Shown here: positions 10,226-21,059 of the stretch, piece after piece | Layout of the letters: every line of letters begins with the position of its first letter | Numbering within the stretch: position 1 is the stretch's first letter | DNA from: Octopus sinensis | Lineage: Eukaryota | Direction: 5' to 3' | NCBI RefSeq assembly: GCF_006345805.1 | Contig: NW_021836275.1 | Location: 1-24,801 of the forward strand | DNA: 24,801 nucleotides | Notes under the pieces: model-generated | What the model saw: the letters and a program-made list of their open reading frames with translations, nothing else | Database searches by the model: none | What the model was told of the DNA's origin: nothing | Position numbers and translations under genes: made by a program

Positions 10226-10545
10226 GATGCATGGCTCAGTGGTTAGAGCATCGAGCTCACAGTCAGGAGGTTATGAGTTCGATTCCTAGACCGGGCTGCA
10301 TGTCGTGTTCTTGAGCAAGACACTTTGTTTCACGTTGCTTCAGTTCACTCAGCTGTAGAAATGAGTTACGACGTCACTGGTGCCAAGCTGTGGATAACAT
10401 CGGTGGCATGAAGGGGAGAAGGCTGTCACGCATGGGCGACTGCTGTTCTTCCATAGGTTCTTCGTTCGCCGGCGAGGCGACTTTCCGCCCAGACTTGTAC
10501 TTCTTAGGTGCACCCATGGTCATTCGTGACTGGAGGATTCGAGTT
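10226..10545 (+). mobile_element. tRNA-derived SINE, distinct family
   Basis: A-box TGGCTCAGTGG (10232-10242) and B-box GAGTTCGATTCC (10275-10286). Followed by GTTCTTGAGCAAGACACTT..CACTCAGCTGTAGAAATGAGT, which resembles conserved SINE central domains. 3' boundary approximate. Confidence 0.8.
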
Positions 10546-10576
10546 AGAACATACGTACATACATATATACATATGT

Positions 10577-10666
10577 CGTGGCTGTGTAGTACAACGTTTG
10601 CTTCGGAACCACATGGTTCTTGATTTAGTCCCACTGCGTAGCACCTTGGGCAAGTGACTTCCACAG
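10577..10666 (+). mobile_element. 5' fragment of the 3212-type SINE
   Basis: GTGGCTGTGTAG..AACCACATGGTTC..AGTCCCACTGCGTAGCACCTTGGGCAAGTG aligns to 3221-3310. Confidence 0.8.
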
Positions 10667-10789
<123 letters not shown>

Positions 10790-11288
10790 TACGTATTTAT
10801 AAATATGCATGTGCATATATAAGCATTTATATATATATATACACGCACATAAATGTGTATGCGCGTATATAAACATGCATGTGAATATGCGTATGTATGT
10901 GGTTGTATGTATGTGTGTGAAGGACGTAAAAAAAGACTACTTAACTAAATATATCTGCTAACATTCGGTAGTGACATCATAGCTACATAACACAGACCTT
11001 CAATACCAGACCGCAATACTAAAAAATATATACGTGTGTGTGTGTGTGTATGAAGATAGCAACATTTCACACATCTAATTTACTTTTCTTTCCTTCTTCC
11101 TTGCACCCCTTTCGTTATCAATTTCCTCCTCTCTCTCCCTCCCTTATTCAGCCTATCCGCCTCGACTTCTCTCTCATTCAGTATCATCCTCCAAAGACTC
11201 ATGTTTGCGAAGAGAGAACGTGACAAATTCCGCTTCAACATACGGAAAGCCATCAGTGAATATGCCTCGTATGTATGCATGTGCGTGC

Positions 11289-11332
<44 letters not shown>

Positions 11333-12624
11333 ATATATATATATATATATATATATTTATATCGTGACCATGTGTATATTTACATGTATGCACACAACTC
11401 ATACAAACACATGGACACATATACGCATATACACATCTATGCATATATCTATACATGTGTGTATATATAATATATATATATTATATATATATAATATATA
11501 TATATATGTATGTATTATGTATATATATATTTCTGTACATATATATGTGTGTGTCCCCGTATACACACACACATATTATGTATACATACATACATTCATG
11601 CATACAGATACACGTAGATGCCTCTATGTGAGTATTTGTCTGAGTAGGTGTTTGGAGATATTCTTTCAGTAAAAGTAGACACGTGTGTTAGATTAGAGTT
11701 CTGAGTGCAAATTGCATTCATCAAGTTGTCATTAGAAAACGAAAGGAAAAGGTGGCGAGTAAACCCGGCTAATATTGGCAATGCCTTATATTTACTGGCT
11801 CCGGCAATAAATAAAGTTAAAAGTGTATTTGTTACTCTAGTTCTGCCAGTCTAATCGCAATTTGTTGACTGCTTCAACTTATAATTAAGACATTTATCAG
11901 TGACGTCAAACAAGCCTCCAGGCATTGGTTTGCAATCTGATCAAAGTGCAGATGTTTGATGTTTGCAAATATCTTGTTGTCATCAGAGTAAGTCCACCGT
12001 CCAAAAGCAATTAGCAAACAAACAAATAAATAAAGTGTAGAGGTTTCTTCTCTTCTTACTATGTCGTGTAACAATCAGCTTCATTTACATAAAACCACTT
12101 TCAGCTCTCCTTCTCTCTCTCTCTCTCCTTCCTCTCTCTCTCTCTCTCTCTCGTTCCCTCTCTTTCTCCGTTTGTCTCGCCATTTATTTTCTGTAGTCGA
12201 ATTCTCCAGACATTATAAATTCTTTTGTTACTCAGAAAAGTTTGGGACTCTTCGTTTGGCTGCAGGTCATAGAATATCAACACCCCATCCCGCTCTCATC
12301 TTCTCATTCTTTCTCTGCTTCATTCTCTGTCGCTCTATCTTTCTTTCTTCTTGTCCGTTCATCTAACTGACACAATAATCTCTAACCATCCACAAAACAT
12401 TAACTATTTCATTCTTTGAATCATCCGTCTCTCACGTTGCACCGAAACAAACTGTGTTGAAATCTGCATTTTTAAGCTCTAAATATTTAAGTGCTTCACA
12501 AAAAACGGTCCAAACATCATTTTAAATAATCTTGAATTTCGGATGAGTCATTGCTGATACTAAATTACAAATGTACTATTCAGTCTATTACTATACGTAC
12601 ATATATACATTTATCCATACATGT

Positions 12625-12632
12625 GTGTGTAC

Positions 12633-12714
<82 letters not shown>

Positions 12715-12732
12715 ATATATATATATATATAT
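12625..12732. repeat. (TCTA)n then (TA)n microsatellite at the RTE 3' end
   Basis: Direct reading. Confidence 0.95.
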
Positions 12733-15269
12733 TGTTTGGCATCCTTTCTGTCTCGGGAGACAATGGAGTTGCGCATTTTTTTTTTTTTTTTTTTCTAGGT
12801 CTAGTCCGGCTGTTGGCTGTTATATTTATTTCCTGTTACATTTCTTGCTGTGGCTGTGTAGTCCTATCCTGGACAAACACTCCATCTGGCAGGTACTGCA
12901 AATGTAGCGAAGACTGTTCCTGGCTGATTGTAGTGCCATGGTCTCTTGTTTATGTCTCTTCCTTTCTTTCCATTTCTCCTCTCTCTTTCTGTCACTCCTC
13001 TGTATACCCTCTTTTACTGTACGTCGCCATTCTCCACGGTTGCCGGCGACTGCCTCCCAACCGCTAATGTTGATGTTGCAGGCCTTCATATCCCTTTTGC
13101 AAACATCCTTGTAACGCAAGATCGGTCTACCCACAGACCTAGTACCCCTAGCAAGCTCTCCGTAGAGTATGTCCTTGGGGATTCTGCCATCTTTCATACG
13201 GCTAACATGCCCAGCCATCTCATACGTCTTTGTGTGAGGAGTGCAAACATGCTTGGTATTCCTGCTTGCCTGAGGACATCTTTGTTGGGGATATGATTCT
13301 GCCATTTGATGTGGAGGATTTTTCGGAGGCAGCGCAGGTGAAAGATGTTTAGGCGACGCTCTTGGCGTGTGTATAGCGTCCAGGTCTCGCTTCCATACAG
13401 TAGAGTGCTGAGTACACATGCCTGGTAGATCTTCATTTTTGTGGTCTTGGTCAGCTTATTGTTGTCCCAAGCCCGTTTGGAGAGTTGGGCCATCGCAGCA
13501 GCTGCCTTGCCAATGCGTATGTTGAGCTCAGCGTCAAGGGATAGGTTGTAGGTGACGGTAGAGCCCAGATAGGTAAACTTCTCCACCTCTTGTAATCTGT
13601 GGTCTCCAATATGTATGTTGGGATGTCCGATGTAGCCTGGCCCATGATGTTGGTCTTCTTAAGGCTGATAGCTAAGCCAAAGTCGTTACATGCTTGCTCA
13701 AAACAGTTAATGAGCCTTTGGAGGGCTTCTTCTGTGTGTGTTACCAGAGCGGCATCATCAGCAAATAACATCTCCTTGATCAGGACGTTTCTGATTTTGG
13801 TTCTTGGCACGCAGGCGCGAGAGATTGAACAGTTTCCCGTCACTTCTACTGTGCAGAAACACTCCATCATCTGATGTCTGAAAGGCATGTGACAGCAAGA
13901 GTGAGAAGAAGATGCCAACAATGTAGGAGCGAGGACACAGCCTTGCTTTACCCCGTTTTTTATTTGGAAGGCGGCTGATGTTGAACCGTTGTGCTGTATG
14001 GTGCCTTGCATGTCATCATGGAAAGACTTGATGATCCTCAGCAGCTTTGGTGGACATCCGATTTTTTGGAGCAGGAAGAAGAGGCCTGTTCTGCTTACCG
14101 AGTCAAAAGCAGCTTTTGTTAGATCAATGAAGGCCATATATAATGGCATTTTCTGCTCTCTGGACTTCTCCTGAAGTTGGCGTATGGAGAATATCATATC
14201 GATAGTTGATCTGCTTCTTCTAAAGCCACACTGCGATTCCGGATAGATTCGAGAAGCAAGTAGTTGTAGCCTGGCCAGGATAACGCGGGCAAAGGTCTTT
14301 CCAACAGTGCTTAGAAGGGATATACCACGGTAATTGTTACAATCACCACGGTCACCTTTGTTTTTGTAGAGCGTAATGATGTTGGCATCCCGCATATCCT
14401 GAGGGACTGTACCCTCTTCCCAGCACTGACACAGAAGCTCAAGAAGGTGCCGAAGCAGGATGGGTTTTTTTGCCGGCTTTGATGATCTCTGAGGGGATGC
14501 CGTCTTTTCTCGGAGCCTTATTTCTTGCTAGGGAGTCAACAGCCTTGGTGAGCTCTGCAATAGATGGCGAACTGTCAAGTTCGCACATGACTGGCAAGAT
14601 CTTGACACTCTCGACTGCAGCCTCAGCCACTGTGGTCTCCCGTGAGTAGAGATATGTAGTGTCTGTAGTGCTCCACATCTATCCATTGCTTGCCTTGATC
14701 CCTGATGAGATCTCCAGTAGTTGATTTCAGAGGGGCTGACTTGGTTGCGGATGGACCGAGGGCCTTCTTCAAACCAGCATACATCCCACGGGTGTCGCCC
14801 CTGTCAGCAGCTGACTGGATACTCTGACAGATTTCCTGCCAATACCTATTTGCACAGCATCTGGCTGTCAGTTGGGTTTTATTTCGTGCCTTTCTGAGTT
14901 CTTCGAGTGACTTTGTAGAAGAGTCACTCTTGTATTGCACCAGAGCTGCACGCTTTGCTTCGATAACTGGCTCCAGCTCTGAGAGCCCAGCATTGAACCA
15001 ATCTGGGTTTTGCCTTTCTCTCATGCCGAAAGTATCCAATGATGTCGTATACAAGGCTTCCTGATATAGTCCCACCTACTTTCAGCAGAGGAGGTTGGGC
15101 AGCTACTGAGGGCAACCTTGATGAAACAGCAAAACATTTTCGCAGTGTAGGGTCGGGGTTTGGCGGTGTTGATGCGTGGTCGGCCCACTTTCTTGGAGCG
15201 ATGGACTTTTTTAGGGAGAATCCTCACCCTGCTTCTAATTAGTGAGTGGTCTGTGTCACAATCTGCACT
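12733..15269 (-). mobile_element. RTE (BovB-like) LINE, 5'-truncated at the end of the APE domain, multiple frameshifts
   Basis: SADCDTDHSL (end of APE), RDANIITLYKNKGDRGDCNNYRGISLL, PESQCGFR, FIDLTKAAFDSV, GVKQGCVLAPTL, LFADDAAL, FTYLGS, LLYGSETWTL, DGRIPKDILYGEL, C-terminal CSTC...SRIGLHSH, stop at 12826. 3' end CCATTGTCTCCCGAGACAGAAAGGATGCC is typical of RTE. Confidence 0.95.
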
Positions 15270-15340
15270 AGCGTTTTTCAGACATGTGAGCGTATGAGTA
15301 GCCATGTTTACGTGTTTACTATGAACTTTTAATCTTAATT

Positions 15341-15504
15341 TATATAAGTAGCGGAATTATAACACAGTAATTTCCCTTTATATAACGGTATTTTTTCATA
15401 GCGTTTTTCAGATGGCCAGATAACCGAAGAGATGGTGTTGTGGATTTCCACTTCGGCATCCGAAACTCAGAGTTTTATCTTGACTATTGTATAATTGTAC
15501 ATAT

Positions 15505-15510
<6 letters not shown>
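15341..15510 (+). mobile_element. Interspersed repeat (3 copies in window), putative Penelope-like terminus with atypical hammerhead-like fold
   Basis: Reverse-complement match to 24495-24655. Fold AGATAA/TTATCT, CCGAAGA, GATG/CATC, GAAAC-TCAGA-GTT at 15418-15480. Ends at (TA)n. Confidence 0.6.
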
Positions 15511-15553
<43 letters not shown>

Positions 15554-15557
<4 letters not shown>

Positions 15558-15760
15558 AATATAAGGAATGGCCTTAATAGGCCATTCAACTCACTAAAAC
15601 GAGCACCTATACTCAAACCGCTAAATACTAGTAATTCAGAAATCAAAGGAGGAAAATAAAAACATCTTGATTTCCGAATTACTACTATTTAGCGGTTGGA
15701 GTTTAGTTGCTCGATTTAGTGAGTTGAATGGCCTTTTAAGGCCATTCCTTAATAATATTG
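15554..15760. repeat. Imperfect foldback (arms about 93 bp, 20-nt spacer) flanked by TA-rich sequence
   Basis: 15554-15646 is the reverse complement of 15667-15760 with scattered mismatches. Each arm has an internal AATGGCC/GGCCATT hairpin. Confidence 0.85.
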
Positions 15761-15862
15761 TTGAATATATATTATATAGTCTTTTGACTATTTTTTCTTT
15801 CTCACTAGACCGCTGGTGGCGAAAAAAAAATTTCTATTGAATTTTTTGCTACCCTTATATCG

Positions 15863-15912
<50 letters not shown>

Positions 15913-16017
15913 ATATATATATATGCAAAATTTAGATTCAGATGAATATGGTACTTAAGTCAAAGGTTCCAGAATTTTGTATGGTATTATCCATATAAAT
16001 CAAATGGGGTGATTATA

Positions 16018-16244
16018 ATCAAAATAAGCAACAAGTATATCCGAGGTAGGGTGATACAATTGTTTCATGCTACTTCATTTTATTAAACACTGTAAGTATT
16101 GCATCAGTTTTAAAATGTCGAGCAAGTGGCTGAAGATTGCTCGACATCTTAAAACTGATGTAATACTTACAGGGTGTAATAAAATGAAGTAGCATGAAAC
16201 AATTGTACTACTCTACCTCGGATATACTTGTTGCTTATTTTGAT
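16018..16244 (+). mobile_element. Foldback element (108-bp arms, 11-nt spacer) containing a hammerhead-like motif
   Basis: 16018-16125 versus 16137-16244: 7 mismatches by hand count. Right arm ends at (TA)n. Confidence 0.75.
16125..16212 (+). ncRNA. Type I hammerhead-like motif with canonical core and long stem II insert
   Basis: AGTGG/CTACT stem I, CTGAAGA (16130-16136), T-TGCT/AGCA-T stem II, GAAA, palindromic ACAATTGT, GUA site (cut predicted after 16207). Confidence 0.6.
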
Positions 16245-16305
16245 ATATATATATACTTACACACATATATGTGTGTGTATATATGTGGATATATTTATAT
16301 ATATA

Positions 16306-16848
16306 AAGTAATGCCTCGATATGCAAGTAAATTTGTTCCTGGAGACCGATCGTAAAACGAAAACTCGTAAAACAGAACTGTAATTCCCTATAGTAGCAAT
16401 GTTATAAATCGTAATTCTTTCCCAGAAAAACATTTTACCAATAAAATTATAACACTCGGAAATAGATGGCAATAAAACAACAGTAGGATGTAAGGAATAT
16501 TTTCTGTAAAGTAAAAAGAATGTCAAGATCGTTTATATTAAAAAGATATCATTATTATTATTGTTTTCTGAATCACATTCACTCGCGCTACACTCGCGCA
16601 CACCATCAATTGTAAATTCACAAGCACCCGTAGACGGACTTGTAGATTTCTTATTAAAAAACATGTCTAGAGTTGTTTGCTTAGAAGAAGGTTTTTTTCG
16701 CTCTCTACAAATTTCTCGATAACACACCGTAGCATTTGCTATGGTAGTAGAAACTTTTGTACTTCGTTTAAAATTAGGATCTTGTGCTTGAGAAATAAAA
16801 CTCGTAAAGCCGGGGTCTCGTAAAGTGGGTCCTCGTAAAGTGAGGTAT
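16306..16848 (-). mobile_element. Internally deleted Tigger/pogo-like DNA transposon remnant
   Basis: Minus-strand peptide DPNFKRSTKVSTTIANATVCYREICRERKKPSSKQTTLDMFF resembles the Tigger transposase C-terminus. Degenerate TIRs (ATGCCTCGATATGCAAG versus revcomp ATACCTCACTTTACGAG, 11/17). Subterminal CTCGTAAAG x3 at 16801, 16817 and 16832. TA-rich flanks. Confidence 0.65.
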
Positions 16849-16903
16849 ATATATATGTGTTTGTATACATATATACATAGTCTCTGTATAGATTTGTACA
16901 TGC

Positions 16904-16935
<32 letters not shown>

Positions 16936-17484
16936 GATACACACTCACACATACACACACAACCATACATATACGCATACACACGATGACTTTATTACAC
17001 TCCGGCACATTCGAGCGTGAATACGCCAAGCGCTGTTATATTTCGGCACCGGAGAATACTTCCTCCTTTACGACGAATGTATGGTCATAACGCACTTGAT
17101 TCATTAGCGCAAGGAATCCTGGGACACCTAGTTTTTCGACATTATTGTGTCTAGTATTAAGAAAAATATATGTAAGCCATCGTTTGTTAAAGATGGGAAT
17201 AACTAACGGCCCACAGGCTGCCTTCTGAACTCACTATCCTCTGCATTATACTATAGGGCCTCTGATCCTTGAAGTTGGCTGGTCATGTACCACTGCGTCC
17301 CACTCATCTCTCGAATTCCAAGAGATGAATTCCTCACACGAAACACAAGATCCAGACATTTGGCCCCAGAAACTGATTCCTGCTCAAGTTCTTTCCCGCA
17401 TGTGTTGAGCTGCAACAATTTAAACGAAACTGTAGCGAAATCAATATATGTGTATCATATTTGTTGAGGCACATAGGCAGCCAG

Positions 17485-17572
17485 AAAGACAGACAGACAG
17501 ATAGAGGGAGAGAGAGACAGACAGACAGATAGAGGGAGAGAGAGAGACAGACGACAGACAGACAGATAGAAT

Positions 17573-17638
<66 letters not shown>

Positions 17639-17754
17639 AGAGATAGATAGATAGACAGACAGACGGACAGATAGATAGACAGACGGACAGACAGACAGAC
17701 AGACAAACAGACAGGCAGATAGATAGATAGATAGATAGAATAGATAGATAGATG

Positions 17755-17798
<44 letters not shown>

Positions 17799-17879
17799 CA
17801 TAGATAGATAGATAGATAGATAGATAGATTGATAGACAGACAGAGAGACAGACAGAGAGATACATTCATACATACATGC

Positions 17880-17915
<36 letters not shown>
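17485..17915. repeat. Compound (GACA)n/(GATA)n/(GA)n microsatellite
   Basis: Direct reading. Confidence 0.95.
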
Positions 17916-17917
<2 letters not shown>

Positions 17918-18364
17918 AGAGTGTGAGATTGTGACCATGATAATATTAATCACATTATTTTGTGTGATTGTCCCAAATCGCGGGTCAGTTTAGCCGACTT
18001 GATGGCGTCACCGTTGTCACCAACCTGTATGGAGTTGCGGTCAGCCTGGCTTTGATTTATGATCTGCTTATCGCTGGTCAGTGGCCTCACCCGTCATAGG
18101 ACATCGCTGGGACAAAAGGCATCGTTATATGTTGGGACATACATTTCCTCACATTTATAAAAAAAAAAGGCTCTCAAACATTCACAGCTATACACACACA
18201 GACGCACGGATACGCATACTCACCTATACGCATGCAACTACACACACACACACACACACCAATAAAAATACAATTAAACAGCCTTACATAGACACACATG
18301 CACCTACATATATTTTTACAGAGCACAACCAGTTTCATTTCACTTTGTTCTTTTACGTATTGTA

Positions 18365-18961
18365 TGTTTATATGTATGTATGTATGTGTGTGTGTATGTA
18401 TGTATGTATGTATTTGTGTATGTATGTATGTATGTATGTAGGGTGTGTGGGTGTATGTATGTATGTAGAGTATGTATGTATGTTGTATGTATGTTGTATG
18501 GAAGTGTATGTATGTATGTATGTATGTATGTGTGTATGTATGTATGTATGTATTGTATGTATGTATGTATGTAAGTATGTATGTATGATGTATGTATGTA
18601 TGTATGTATTATGTATGTATGTATGTATGTATGTGTGGTGGATGTATGTATGTAAGTTGTATGTAATGTATGTATGATGTATGTATGTAAGTATGTATGT
18701 ATGGATGTATGATGTGTGTATTGTATGTATGTATGTATGTAAGTATGTATGTATGTAATGTATGTATGTATTATGTATGTGTGTATGTATTGTATGTATG
18801 TTATAGGTCTTATGTATTTGTGTAGATGTATGTATGTAGTGTATGTATGTTGTATGTATGTAAGTATGTATGTATGTATGTGTGTGTGTGTGTATGTATG
18901 TATGTGTGTGTAAATATATATGTATGTATGTATGTATGAATGTATTCATGTATGTATATAT
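18365..18961. repeat. Degenerate (TATG)n array, about 600 bp
   Basis: Direct reading. Confidence 0.95.
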
Positions 18962-19362
18962 GTCTTTTCCATTTTTAATTATCAAAAATCTTCCACTGAG
19001 GAGGGTGCCGGTTTCCAACAAAGATACAAGGCTCCATCTTTGGGATGTTGTTAACACAGACAAATTCACATTTGGAACATGAGAAAAGTCTTGCATATTT
19101 TTACTGTTCCACTCACAGATTGCACTTGTAATGTACGAATCAGCCGGTCAATTTCTCTTTCTGAAAATCCCAGGTCATCCAGATTCTCCTTTAAGCATTT
19201 ACTAACAAAACCTAATGCTCCAATTATTATTGGTATGAATATGAATTCATAGTCTGGATATGGAAGCTGGAGGTTTCGAAACGGTTGTCCTTAGATATCC
19301 TCTTTCTCTTTGATTTTCAAAGAGATATTTACTTCTGCGGGGCAGCTGACCTCTGTAATAAT
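18962..19362 (-). mobile_element. 5'-truncated R4/Dong-like non-LTR retrotransposon 3' end (restriction-like endonuclease C-terminus)
   Basis: 19359-19066(-) translates ITEVSCPAEVNISLKIKEKEDI*GQPFRNLQLPYPDYEFIFIPIIIGALGFVSKCLKENLDDLGFSEREIDRLIRTLQVQSVSGTVKICKTFLMFQM*. EVSCP..N...K..EK and IPIIIGALG are REL-domain motifs. About 100-bp 3' UTR. Confidence 0.85.
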
Positions 19363-19675
19363 ACATTATGTATGCATGTATGTGTGTGTGTGTGTATGTA
19401 TGTATTTATGTATGTATGTATGTGTATATTTGTATGTGTGTGTATGTTTGTAAGTGTGTATGTGTTTGTGTGCATGTATGTACGTTTGTATGCAAGCACG
19501 TATATGTATATGTGTATGTGTGCATGTATGTATGCGTGTATGTATGTATGTGTGTATAAATATATGTATGCGTGTATATATGTATGTATATATGTTTGTA
19601 TGCATGTCTGTGTGTATGTATATATGTGCGTATGTATATATGTATGTATGTATGTATGTGCGTACGTATGTACGA
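19363..19675. repeat. Degenerate (TATG)n/(TG)n array
   Basis: Direct reading. Confidence 0.9.
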
Positions 19676-19696
19676 ACATATCTATTTATCTATCTA

Positions 19697-20022
19697 TTGT
19701 AACCAGCAAAGTTGACATGGCCGACAGAATGCGTTCTTTGATTCTGAGGACTTTCCAGTCGAGAGATATCAACACCGTTACTCTTCTCTTTCCGACATTA
19801 CACCAAAACACATTACAGCAGAAACAGACCCCATGAAGTTCTTTGGAAAAATTCCTTCAAGAAATCCCGGATAAACCTCCTCCACACGGATATGCCTCCG
19901 TAATTGATAACTCTCTTCTCGAGTGGGCCATGTTGCTCGATTCCTGATTTGAATGACTTCGCCAAGGTGGTGCCATCAAGTTAGACATGGCCTGGGCCAA
20001 AACTGACCGAAACCTATCAAAG
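19697..20022 (+). mobile_element. Second CR1-like LINE remnant with large internal deletion
   Basis: KVDMADRMRSLILRTFQSRD (post-RT region) is joined within about 60 bp to LEKFLQEIPDKPPPHGYASVIDNSLLEW (extreme C-terminus). 3' UTR GGTGGTGCC..CATGGCC..GAAAC. Confidence 0.65.
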
Positions 20023-20045
20023 TATGTATTTGACTATCTATTTCT

Positions 20046-20047
<2 letters not shown>

Positions 20048-20129
<82 letters not shown>
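20048..20129. repeat. Pure (CT)n microsatellite
   Basis: Direct reading. Confidence 0.95.
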
Positions 20130-20132
<3 letters not shown>

Positions 20133-20555
20133 GGCGCAGGCGTGGCGGTGTGGTAAGTATTAATAGCTTATTTCCCAACCATTTGGTCCCGGGTTCAGTC
20201 CCACTGCGTGACAACTTGGGCAAATGTCTTCTACAGTAGCCTTGGGTCGATCAAAGCCTTGTGAGTGGATTTGGTAGACAGAAACTGAAAGAAGCCCGTC
20301 ATATATTTATGTGTGTGAGTGTGTGTGTGTGTGTGTGTATGTGTGTGTGTGTTTGTGTCCTCGACCTTCGCTTTACAACTGATGTTGTTGTTTACGCTCC
20401 TATAACTTAGCGGTTCGGCAAAAGAGACTGATAGAATAAGCACTAGGCTTGCAAAGAATAAATCCTGCGGTCGATTTGTTCGACTAAAACCCTCTAAGGC
20501 GGTGCTCCATCATGGCCGCAGTTAAATGGCTCGAACATGTAAAAGAATAAAGAAT
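20133..20555 (+). mobile_element. 3212-type tRNA SINE, full length
   Basis: Colinear with 3212-3664 including head, internal (TG)n and tail. Confidence 0.9.
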
Positions 20556-20653
20556 ATAATATATATATATATATATTATATATATATAATATATATATAT
20601 GCTCTCTCTCTCTCTCTCCCATATCTACATATAGATGTGTCTATTTGTTTGGC

Positions 20654-20685
<32 letters not shown>

Positions 20686-20721
20686 TGTGTGTGTGTGTGT
20701 ATGTGTGTCTATCAGATGGTC

Positions 20722-20790
20722 TAAAGCTCCTGAAGGCGGTGCTACAGCATGGACGTTGACTAATGTCTAAAGCTGAAAAAAGGAACAAAA
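20722..20790 (+). mobile_element. Degraded 3' tail fragment of the 3212-type SINE or its partner LINE
   Basis: AAGGCGGTGCTACAGCATGG..GCTGAAA. Confidence 0.5.
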
Positions 20791-21059
20791 GATATGAGTG
20801 AGTGGGTGTCTACCAAACATGGATAAGTGTAAGGTGAAGTAGAGGGAAGTTGGTTAACCTACTGTAAGCACACATAAACACACATATACATATATGTGTA
20901 TATTTACATATCTACACGCACACACGCACACACGCACACATACACGCATACACGCACATCCACACACATCCACACGACGTGAAATTTTGTCTAAATAAAT
21001 ACAAAATTCAATAAATCAAATGAAATAGAGAGCCGACATTTTTGTTGAATTGAAATGTT

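Noticed and set aside
12826-15305. RTE ORF pieces as functional CDS
   Set aside because: At least five frame changes and no APE N-terminus; reported as one dead element.
15554-16244. CRISPR array, bacterial terminators or miRNA precursors for the hairpins
   Set aside because: No direct-repeat/spacer periodicity; eukaryotic context; arms are far longer than pre-miRNA stems and are TA-flanked like mobile elements.
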